Shown here piece after piece: positions 7,804 to 15,511 of a stretch of 23,268 bases of DNA. This DNA is from Nitrospinota bacterium (GTDB lineage: Bacteria > UBA8248). Numbering within the stretch: position 1 is the stretch's first letter; the number at the start of each line of letters is the position of its first letter. Where the stretch lies: NCBI GenBank assembly GCA_036231405.1, contig JAZAHK010000009.1, forward strand, positions 1-23,268, given 5' to 3'. A program made the position numbers and the translations under genes. Below the pieces are notes generated by a model. The model was not told the origin of the DNA. It saw only the letters and a list, made by a program, of their open reading frames with translations, and made no database searches.

Positions 7804-9572
7804 TATTTTACTCCTTGGTTCTGTTCCTTATCTCTTTGAATTTTTACTTTTCCGAACGCTAATATTACATCTTCAGATGTGATAATGCCAAGCAATTCCG
7901 TTGGATCTTCTCTACTAACGACTGGCAAGCGGGAGATACGTCTCGATCCAAGTTTTGCCATAACAGAGTCAAGAGATTGATCTGGGTGAGCGTGAAGTAC
8001 GTATTTTGTTGTTGCAAATTCAGTTATTCTGTTATCCTCTTTTTGTATTGCTTGAGCTTGTCTAAAATCATAGCGACTTATCATTCCTTCTAGTTTATTG
8101 TTTTCGTCTAAAATCGGATATCCAGAGTATGCTAGATTTCTCGTTTCTTCGATTGCCTCTGTTATGGTTAATTTGTTCGATAATGTTTTGACATTTGTTA
8201 CCATTGCGTCTTCCACATGTATCTCGTGTAAAATGTGATCGGTTTCGTAATTAGGAAGGGCAATTCCATCTTGATGGGAAAGAGAGGCGTAAATCGAGTC
8301 TGGTTGCCAATATTTTGATAATGAAAAAGAAATAGTATTCGCTATCATCAAAGCTAAAATAACATTGTAGTCTTGAGTAAGTTCGAAAATGATAAGTACC
8401 GATGTCATCGGTGCACGTATAACTGATGCAAAAGCCGCACCCATACCTACAAGAGCATAACTTCCAGAATTGCCTATAATAGATGGAAAAAAAACTTCCA
8501 TTATAGAAGCAACTGTCCCTCCAGCCATTGCACCTAAAAATAAAGTAGGTGCAAAAATTCCCCCGCATGATCCTGTGCCGTACGAGATAGAAGTTGCTAT
8601 TAATTTTAAAATTAGCAATATGGATAGAATGTAAAATGTGTAACTACCAGATAACGCTTTGTTTACAAAGGGATATCCTACACCAAAAATCTGAGGAAAT
8701 TGTAATCCAATGATCCCTATACATAATCCTCCTAGAGTAGTAAGTAAAATAGATTTCCAGCCAGTAATATTTATCCATTTTGATCTTGTATATAAGAGAG
8801 TCTTGCAAAAGATTGTCCCTACTAATGCACAAAAACCCCCAACTAAGGCATAAATGAAGAGTTCCATTGGATTTTCAAGCGAATATTCTGGAACCAGGAA
8901 TACAGGTTGATTCCCTAGGATAGATCTTTCAACTACTGCTGCAGTTACGGATGCTAAAACGATAGATCCTAAAACACGAGCATTTAAATCTCCAACGATT
9001 TCTTCAAGGGTGAAAGTGATTGCAGCAAGGGGAGTATTGAATGCAGCCGCTATTCCTGCAGCAGCGCCAACTGGAATGAGAGATTTTATGTGCTGCCTTT
9101 TCATAGAAAATGTCTCTCCAATCCAGCTCGCCATTCCAGAGCATATTTGAACGGTTGGTCCTTCTCTTCCTAAACTAGAACCAGAGCCTATATTGATTAG
9201 TCCTATAAAGAATTTTCCAATCCAGACTTTTTTAGGGATATGACCGTTGTGAACTGCATAGGCAATTTTAGTTTGTGGAATTCCACTACCTCTGGCGTCT
9301 GGAACTATGTATTGGAGTGAGATAGCCGCTATTAATGCACCAAGAGCAGGAATGAGTATAATTAAGAACCAAGAGAGAGAACTTTGCGAAGTTAAATGAG
9401 AAGAGCCAAAAAGAAATTCTTGAAGCCATGCTATCGACAGATGAAAAGAAACTGCCGTTAGTCCAGCTAATAATCCAACAAAAATTGTTACTACGTAAAA
9501 TATGCCATCTCTTGCAAATCCGAAGTGCAAAAGCCAACTGAGCAGATTAATTCTGAATTTTTGTTTTTTCAT
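7803..9572 (-). CDS. CLC-family Cl-/H+ antiporter with C-terminal CBS pair
   Basis: Selectivity motifs GSGIP, GREGP (gating Glu) and GGIFAP; AAFNTPL..ITFTLEE (proton Glu); Tyr in SIYASL; two CBS domains (GYPILD, SRLPVV). Confidence 0.93.
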   Translation of the reverse strand: MKKQKFRINLLSWLLHFGFARDGIFYVVTIFVGLLAGLTAVSFHLSIAWLQEFLFGSSHLTSQSSLSWFLIILIPALGALIAAISLQYIVPDARGSGIPQTKIAYAVHNGHIPKKVWIGKFFIGLINIGSGSSLGREGPTVQICSGMASWIGETFSMKRQHIKSLIPVGAAAGIAAAFNTPLAAITFTLEEIVGDLNARVLGSIVLASVTAAVVERSILGNQPVFLVPEYSLENPMELFIYALVGGFCALVGTIFCKTLLYTRSKWINITGWKSILLTTLGGLCIGIIGLQFPQIFGVGYPFVNKALSGSYTFYILSILLILKLIATSISYGTGSCGGIFAPTLFLGAMAGGTVASIMEVFFPSIIGNSGSYALVGMGAAFASVIRAPMTSVLIIFELTQDYNVILALMIANTISFSLSKYWQPDSIYASLSHQDGIALPNYETDHILHEIHVEDAMVTNVKTLSNKLTITEAIEETRNLAYSGYPILDENNKLEGMISRYDFRQAQAIQKEDNRITEFATTKYVLHAHPDQSLDSVMAKLGSRRISRLPVVSREDPTELLGIITSEDVILAFGKVKIQRDKEQNQGVK

Positions 9573-9640
9573 GATGGTTCCGTTTGTTTTGCTTTTATGT
9601 GCGTAATTATTTCAAAGAAATGTGAGAGTTCTAAATGAAT

Positions 9641-10195
9641 TTAGAATCCTTCTCTTTTAAGACGAGCACTGTTCCAAGATGCATTAATAGTGTTTGTTTT
9701 TTCATCGAGTTCTGCCATATCACAAAATATCTCAATCCGATGCCCATCAGGGTCGCAAAAATACATCGCTCTGTTTTCACCCCATGTCCCATCACCTTCA
9801 GGGTGAGTGGGGCTGTGAACAACAGGTCCTCTGACAATTTCAATATTGTTTTCTGTAATCCATTCTTCCCATTCATGAAATTCTTGGAGGGATTCAACTT
9901 GAAAAGCAAAATGATGCACGCCTAAATCTACAGTCGAGCCTTGGTCGGTTTTTGGGATTTTGGCAAGTTCTTCTTTTTCTGTTTCTGGGAAAAAAACGAG
10001 ATTGAGATCATGGTGTAGTGGTCCGCATCTGAGAAAGCAAAGACCTGATTTGAAAATAGGGTGTTCTCCTGGGTCATGTCTTTCAGAAACAGTGAAACCT
10101 AAGACGTTTAGATAAAAGTCTAAAGAAATATCTATATTTGAAACTTTTATGGCTATATGTTGAAGGCCTTTGAAACCATTTGAGGGTATTGGCAT
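9641..10195 (-). CDS. VOC-superfamily protein resembling a single-domain type I extradiol dioxygenase
   Basis: Motifs LQHIAIKV, FLRC..LHHDL, VHHFAFQV, GPVVH, MYFCDPDGHRIE; AAGGA RBS. Confidence 0.8.
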   Translation of the reverse strand: MPIPSNGFKGLQHIAIKVSNIDISLDFYLNVLGFTVSERHDPGEHPIFKSGLCFLRCGPLHHDLNLVFFPETEKEELAKIPKTDQGSTVDLGVHHFAFQVESLQEFHEWEEWITENNIEIVRGPVVHSPTHPEGDGTWGENRAMYFCDPDGHRIEIFCDMAELDEKTNTINASWNSARLKREGF

Positions 10196-10237
10196 CTTGT
10201 ATCCTTTATTTTTATGATGCTTCTAACTGTAAAGATG

Positions 10238-10331
10238 ATATTATCTCAACTTCATTCTCGGTCAAGTGTTTTTTGTCTTCTGTTCAATTTAGTCTTTTGA
10301 GCTTTACCGAGAATTTGCTATAGGATAGGTT
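10238..10331. promoter_or_regulatory. Back-to-back putative promoters: minus TTGACC-N16-TAATAT (10265-10238) and plus TTTACC-N17-TAGGTT (10303-10331)
   Basis: Hexamers read directly in the divergent intergenic region; both -35 boxes lie within a 12/13 inverted repeat. Confidence 0.35.
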
Positions 10332-10361
10332 GTATGAAAAATTCACATAGAGGAGCTGAGT

Positions 10362-11249
10362 ATGAGTTTGAAAACAGGTGTTGTTGGTTTAGGAGTAATG
10401 GGTGGTGCTTTTGCGGGTCATATGCTCGATTTAGAATTCCAAGTGCAGGGTTTTGATCCTTCTGAAGAGGTTTATGAAAAGTTTGAAGGGAAAGAGTTAA
10501 TTCGTTCTGGTTCTCCTTCTGAAGCTGCTTCAAATGTTGATTTGGTCATGCTTTCACTCCCTAATTATAAAATTGTAGAACAAGCAGTAAGTGGAGACGA
10601 AGGTGTTTTTGCAGGTTGCTCTGTAGGAACTATTATTGCCGATATGAGTACTGTACCTCCTAAGTTTTCACAGGAAATGGCAAAGATTGCTGAAGAAAAA
10701 GGATTGACATGGTTAGATTGTCCTGTCAGCGGTGTTGGGAAACAGGCTGCTGTAAAGGATTTAGTCGTAATGGTTGCTGGTCCAAAAGAATCTTTTGATA
10801 AAGCAAAACCTGCATTTGATGCAATAGGAAAAAAGACAGTATATGTGAGTGAAAAAAATGGACTCGCTGCTCAGTTGAAATTAGTCGTTAATTTAGTCTT
10901 ATTTGTTACTATGGCCGGAGCTGCTGAAGGATTAACTCTAGGTCTAAAATCTGGGTTAGACCCTGATATTATGTTAGATGTACTTTGTTCAGGTGCTGCA
11001 GGTTCAAATGTTTTAGAGGTAAGGGGGAAGGATATGCTCTCAAATCATTATCCTCCTTCGGGTCCCATCCATATAGTGTTAAAGGATTTAGAATGTGCCA
11101 TACAATCTGCTAAGGACCAAGATGTCCCTGTGCCACTAGCGGGCCTGCTTGAGCAAATCTATATGTCTCAAAGAAGTAAGGGAAGAGGAAATGAAGATGG
11201 AAGTTCTATTTTTAGAATTTTCCAAGAATTAGCTAATTATCAAAACTGA
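10362..11249 (+). CDS. NAD(P)-dependent beta-hydroxyacid dehydrogenase (second member of the family in this window)
   Basis: Motifs GVVGLGVMG, DMST, DCPVSG, catalytic LKLVVN, VLKD; GAGGAG RBS. Confidence 0.92.
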   Translation: MSLKTGVVGLGVMGGAFAGHMLDLEFQVQGFDPSEEVYEKFEGKELIRSGSPSEAASNVDLVMLSLPNYKIVEQAVSGDEGVFAGCSVGTIIADMSTVPPKFSQEMAKIAEEKGLTWLDCPVSGVGKQAAVKDLVVMVAGPKESFDKAKPAFDAIGKKTVYVSEKNGLAAQLKLVVNLVLFVTMAGAAEGLTLGLKSGLDPDIMLDVLCSGAAGSNVLEVRGKDMLSNHYPPSGPIHIVLKDLECAIQSAKDQDVPVPLAGLLEQIYMSQRSKGRGNEDGSSIFRIFQELANYQN

Positions 11250-11264
11250 CAATTTGCCTGACTT

Positions 11265-11513
11265 TTAGATTCCCTTAATAGTGGAACGAATTACTTTTTC
11301 GAGTTCTTCATCGTTAAGTGTTCTTAGTTGTTCGAATGTCACAACGGCTTGTGTATCTAGATCTCCTCGTTCACCCCACCACAGAAGAAAACTCTCGTCC
11401 TGATACCCATATTTTATTGCTTCTTCTAGATCTGTGAATTTATTTGCTATTATATAACTAATACGTTCTGCAAATTCCTTGCTTTTTTTTCTTATTTCAT
11501 CAATTTCTTGCAT
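11265..11513 (-). CDS. Hypothetical protein, 82 aa, acidic and soluble
   Basis: Fills the gap between neighbouring genes without overlap; ATG start with AAAGG upstream; protein-like composition; no family recognised. Confidence 0.7.
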   Translation of the reverse strand: MQEIDEIRKKSKEFAERISYIIANKFTDLEEAIKYGYQDESFLLWWGERGDLDTQAVVTFEQLRTLNDEELEKVIRSTIKGI

Positions 11514-11560
11514 GTCTATACCTTTTTCTTTCTAAGATTTTAAAAGAATTTATATTCCTA

Positions 11561-12286
11561 CTAAAAATAAAACCATTTCCCACTTTTTTCACGTCTTCTT
11601 TTTCCAAAATCGTCCATCTTCAAAAGTTCAGTACCTTTGAAGACTGGCCCATCTACGCAGACTCTCCAGCCAGAACAGGAACATTGTCCGCATAATCCAA
11701 CGGCACACTTCATATATCTTTCGATAGCAAAAAAAGATTTTTCAGGCGGTAGTTTTTTTAAGCACGCTTTCATCATCATTTCTGGTCCGCAAATTACGTA
11801 GTTGTCTGATTCATGAGGAAGTAACTTAGTAATGATTCCTTTTTCCCCAAGCGAGCCATCATCGGTTGTTACATGTACGTCTCCTATTTTTTTAAATTCT
11901 TCTAGATATAAAATCTCATTTGCAGTTCTACCCCCAAGAAGAAATGTTGGATTTTCCGAAGACAGTGCTAGCATTCTTAACTCGGCGATTCCCACTCCGC
12001 CACCAATAAGTGTGGGACTTTTGAGTTTTGGATATCCTTTTCCTAAAGGGCCTCTTACTCCTAATTGATCTCCAGGTTTTAATTTAGATAATGACTTAGT
12101 GAACTCTCCGGCTATTTTTATAGTAATTGCATTTGAATAAGAAAGTGTAAATGGTTTTTCTCCAATATTTGGTATCCATATCATAAAAAACTGCCCTGGT
12201 GTTGAATTTGGTTTAAAGTCAAAAAAGATTGTATGGATAAGTTCACTTTCACTTTTATTCTCTAAGACTTTAACTATTTCTCTCAT
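11561..12286 (-). CDS. pyrK: Dihydroorotate dehydrogenase electron transfer subunit (FAD, [2Fe-2S])
   Basis: Motifs PGQF, RGPLG, GGGVG, TDDGS, CGPEMM, MKCAVGLCGQC...CVDGPVF. Real start is ATG 12286, 2 nt after the pyrD stop, with AGGA RBS; track start 12358 overlaps pyrD. Confidence 0.9.
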   Translation of the reverse strand: MREIVKVLENKSESELIHTIFFDFKPNSTPGQFFMIWIPNIGEKPFTLSYSNAITIKIAGEFTKSLSKLKPGDQLGVRGPLGKGYPKLKSPTLIGGGVGIAELRMLALSSENPTFLLGGRTANEILYLEEFKKIGDVHVTTDDGSLGEKGIITKLLPHESDNYVICGPEMMMKACLKKLPPEKSFFAIERYMKCAVGLCGQCSCSGWRVCVDGPVFKGTELLKMDDFGKRRREKSGKWFYF

Positions 12287-12288
12287 TT

Positions 12289-13203
12289 TTATTCCTGAGC
12301 TTTTCCTATTATGTTGTGAAAGTCTTCCCCGTCTAAATACGTTTGAATACCAGACCATATATCTTTGGTTGTTTTAATTGATTCCTCTGTTGATTTTCCG
12401 AGAAAAACAGTGCCAAGACCTAAGACAGACGCCCCAGCTAAAAGATATTCCACTCCATCTTCCCACGTCGAAATACCTCCGTAAGCAATGATAGGACAGG
12501 CAAATCTAGCAAATGCTTCAAAGGTCATTAGTAAATTGATTGGTTTGAGGGCTTGCCCGCTTATTCCACCAGAGGTTCCTGCAAGTATTACTTCCCTCGT
12601 TGTAATGTCAATTGAGAGTCCAGGTCCAAGAGTATTAGCACAACCTAATCCATCAGCACCGGAATCTAAACATTTCTCAGCGACGGATAAATAGTCGCTG
12701 TTAGGTGATAATTTGGCAATTATGGGTTTGTCGGTGATTTCACGTACCCTGGAAGTTATCTCTCCTGAAAGAGAGGGGTTTTGCCCGATACTCTCCATAA
12801 TAGTTTTTTCCCCAGGTTCTTTGTTTGGACAACCTAAATTTATTTCTATGATATCTGCAAAGGGAGATATTTTTTCTGCAACAAATGAAAATTCCTTTGG
12901 GTTGCCAGCATATATAGAAGCAATTAAAAGTGAGTCTTTGAGTTTTATATTTGAGAGTTCTTCTGCCCAATCATTGAGATTTTGGGTTGGTAGGGCGAGT
13001 GAGTTTAGGGTAGGTCCACTAAAGGTGTCACCGTAAATGATTACTGGATTTTCATTTCCCTTTTTTTCGTTAGGACCAATAGATTTTGTTACATATGCTC
13101 CGATCGAAGCTCCTTGTTTCTCAAATGTTTGAAAAACTTCAGGATAACTTAAGATGCCACTAGCATTTACAATAGGAGGTGATATTGGAGGGAATGATCT
13201 CAA
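12289..13203 (-). CDS. pyrD: Class 1B dihydroorotate dehydrogenase catalytic subunit
   Basis: Motifs NASG, VTKS, EINLGCPN (active-site Cys), AKLSPN, ANT, GGISG..LKP, YGGI; adjacent to pyrK; TTG start. Confidence 0.88.
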   Translation of the reverse strand: MRSFPPISPPIVNASGILSYPEVFQTFEKQGASIGAYVTKSIGPNEKKGNENPVIIYGDTFSGPTLNSLALPTQNLNDWAEELSNIKLKDSLLIASIYAGNPKEFSFVAEKISPFADIIEINLGCPNKEPGEKTIMESIGQNPSLSGEITSRVREITDKPIIAKLSPNSDYLSVAEKCLDSGADGLGCANTLGPGLSIDITTREVILAGTSGGISGQALKPINLLMTFEAFARFACPIIAYGGISTWEDGVEYLLAGASVLGLGTVFLGKSTEESIKTTKDIWSGIQTYLDGEDFHNIIGKAQE

Positions 13204-13244
13204 AATTCGTATCCATATTTGATAATCAAAAAAAATCTGCTCTA

Positions 13245-13273
13245 AGTATAAGAATGATTGGCGTTGACTGCAA
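13245..13273 (-). promoter_or_regulatory. Putative sigma70 promoter for pyrD-pyrK, TTGCAG-N17-TATACT
   Basis: Reverse complement reads TTGCAG TCAACGCCAATCATTCT TATACT, about 40 nt upstream of the start. Confidence 0.5.
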
Positions 13274-13378
13274 AGACTTATTTTTATTTCTTTAATTATT
13301 TCATTGTTCTATTTGATTATAATATGTTTCACTTGAGTTTGTTTTTTCTGTTCATTTTTTGAGAGGAAGAGATTTCAG

Positions 13379-14155
13379 ATGCTGGCGTTAGTTATTTTTT
13401 TATATTTGGTTTCTTCTATTGGTCATCTATACGTAATGTTGACTGGGAAAAGAAGATTGTTCAGTTTTGTTCTTGTATGTCTAATTTCGGGTTTTATCAT
13501 CCATGGCATCTTGTTGACTTCTGTCCTTTCTTTGTTTGAAACAAAAGAAATAGGGTTTTGGTTTAGCGGTGTTTCTTGGGTCATTCTCTTATTTTATCTC
13601 CTACTTTACGCAAAATATAAAGAAATTGCTTTTGGAAGTTTTGCCGTCCCAGTGGCTTTCATTATAGAAGGATATGCTTCTACTTTTCCTGGACTTTTGG
13701 GAGGTGGCTCTTCTGAGATAGAGGGTTATTTGCTCAAAGGGCACGCATACTTGGCAGTCTTGGGGATGGCTGCTTTTTTTCTTCTTTTATTTACTTCTGT
13801 TATGTATATAATTCAGTCATCTCAATTAAAATCACGTCGTCCTGGTGCATGGCTTCATCGACTGCCCGCATTAAACGTTTTAGATGATTTGGGTCACAAA
13901 ATTTTATATTTTGGTTTTACGTTTTTAACTTTTAGTTTGTTGCTCGGATCAATGTGGGCTCGTTCCAAACACGGAACTTTTTGGAGTTTAGATCCTCTTT
14001 CACTCATTCGGACTTGGCCATTAGTTTTGACATGGTTGGCTTATGGATTACTTCTGGTTTGTAGAATAACAAGAAGTTGGAAAGGAATGTGGTCTGCTAT
14101 TTTCTCTATGTTCTGTTTTGTATGTGTTATTTTTTCTTTATTGAGTCATTTCTAG
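13379..14155 (+). CDS. Cytochrome c assembly family membrane protein (CcsA/HemX/YpjD-like) with degenerate WWD domain
   Basis: About 8 TM segments; His in KGHAY; QLKS..LPAL..LD; GSMWA...FWSLDP...TWLAY; directly upstream of hemA; GAGG RBS. Confidence 0.8.
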   Translation: MLALVIFLYLVSSIGHLYVMLTGKRRLFSFVLVCLISGFIIHGILLTSVLSLFETKEIGFWFSGVSWVILLFYLLLYAKYKEIAFGSFAVPVAFIIEGYASTFPGLLGGGSSEIEGYLLKGHAYLAVLGMAAFFLLLFTSVMYIIQSSQLKSRRPGAWLHRLPALNVLDDLGHKILYFGFTFLTFSLLLGSMWARSKHGTFWSLDPLSLIRTWPLVLTWLAYGLLLVCRITRSWKGMWSAIFSMFCFVCVIFSLLSHF

Positions 14156-14163
14156 GAGACTAA

Positions 14164-15495
14164 GTGACAGAGAAAAATTCTTTAATTTTAGTCGGAATAA
14201 GTCACCATAGGACTCCCATAGATATAAGGGAACGTTTGTTTATTTCAGAAAGTTCACTCCTTGAATCTCTAAAAAAACTGAATACATTCAATTCTTTGGA
14301 AGAATGTCTGATTTTATCAACTTGCAATCGTGTTGAAGTTTATGCTTCGACACAAAACTATGAAAAATGTGTGAGTGCCATTCACGATTTTTTTGTTGAA
14401 GTTCAAAATATTGATCCTGGAGTATTAAAAAAACATTTATATGTTCTCAGAGGTGAACAGGTTATTGAACACCTTTATAAAGTATCTGGGAGTTTGGATT
14501 CGATGGTTATAGGTGAGCCTCAAATACTAGGGCAAGTTCGTAATTCTTTTCGAATTGCCTCTGAAAATCAATTTATCGGGAAAAATCTGCTATCACTTTT
14601 CAGTTCAGCATTTAGAGTTGCAAAAAAAATTCGAGAACTGACTAAAATTGGAACCGAGCCGGTTTCCGTTAGTTCTGTCGCACTTGATTTGGCAAAAAAG
14701 ATTTTTCGTACTTTTGAAGATAAAACTGTCTTGTTTGTTGGTTCAGGGGAAATGGCTGAGTCAGCAATGCAGACTATTATTTCACAAAAGCCTCAGAAAA
14801 TTCTTATTGCAAATAGGACTTACGCCCATGCTCAAGCACTAGCTTCTAAATATTCTGGTTGGGCAGTGGATTTTGAGAATCTAGAAGATGAAATAAATGA
14901 AGCAGATATTATCCTTACTTCTACGAGTTTTTCTGGTTTTATAATAGATTCGTCAATGGTAACCCTAGCACTTGAAATTCGAAAAGATAGACCAATGTTG
15001 TTTCTTGATGTGTCTGTTCCTAGAAATATTGATCCCTTAGTGAACGAAATAGAGAATATTTTTCTTTTTGACGTAGATGATCTTCAGAAAATTGCATCAG
15101 ACAATATGAAAGGAAGAGAGGAAGAATCTCTAGAAGCAAATTCTATAGTAAATAGGGAAGTTCAATCTTTTTTGAATTCAAAAATTGTTGAAAATTCTTC
15201 AGATATTTTCATTGAAATAAGACGATTGGCAGAGGAATTTAGAAGTGAAGAGGTGAAGAGAACATTGTCTAGTTTTCCTGAATTAGACGAAAGAGTGATT
15301 GATGGAATTGATATGATGACACGTGCAATTATTAAAAAAATTCTTCATAACCCTTCGGTGGCAATAAAAGAAATATTGGAAGAGGGTGCCGACGGAGAAT
15401 CCATTCACCTTGTGAGACGTTTATTTGGACTTGAAGATACTTCTTCTAAGAAACCTTTTCTTTCCTCAGAAGAAGAATCCGAAAGTATTTCTTGA
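14164..15495 (+). CDS. hemA: Glutamyl-tRNA reductase
   Basis: Motifs STCNRVE (catalytic Cys), LDSMVIGEPQILGQ, GSGEM, ANRT, DVSVPRNID, KILHNP; AGGAG then GTG. Confidence 0.97.
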   Translation: MTEKNSLILVGISHHRTPIDIRERLFISESSLLESLKKLNTFNSLEECLILSTCNRVEVYASTQNYEKCVSAIHDFFVEVQNIDPGVLKKHLYVLRGEQVIEHLYKVSGSLDSMVIGEPQILGQVRNSFRIASENQFIGKNLLSLFSSAFRVAKKIRELTKIGTEPVSVSSVALDLAKKIFRTFEDKTVLFVGSGEMAESAMQTIISQKPQKILIANRTYAHAQALASKYSGWAVDFENLEDEINEADIILTSTSFSGFIIDSSMVTLALEIRKDRPMLFLDVSVPRNIDPLVNEIENIFLFDVDDLQKIASDNMKGREEESLEANSIVNREVQSFLNSKIVENSSDIFIEIRRLAEEFRSEEVKRTLSSFPELDERVIDGIDMMTRAIIKKILHNPSVAIKEILEEGADGESIHLVRRLFGLEDTSSKKPFLSSEEESESIS

Positions 15496-15511
15496 GAAAA
15501 TTGGAGTGAAA

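Noticed and set aside
7803..9572. Fluoride-specific CLC-F exporter
   Set aside because: It has canonical GSGIP/GREGP/GIFAP motifs, not the GNNLI/GREGT/GEVTP type, and no fluoride riboswitch is seen upstream
10332..10348. Rex-like palindrome GTATGAAAAATTCACAT upstream of the second dehydrogenase
   Set aside because: The spacer is one base short of TTGTGAA-N4-TTCACAA and the arms are imperfect; such matches are expected in AT-rich DNA
12287..12358. Track N-terminal extension of PyrK overlapping pyrD
   Set aside because: ATG 12286 with its own RBS directly follows the pyrD stop
15425..15511. Apparent 71-bp hemA/hemC overlap
   Set aside because: HemC homology begins at KLVIGTRGS, and the start at 15512 has an SD and removes the overlap
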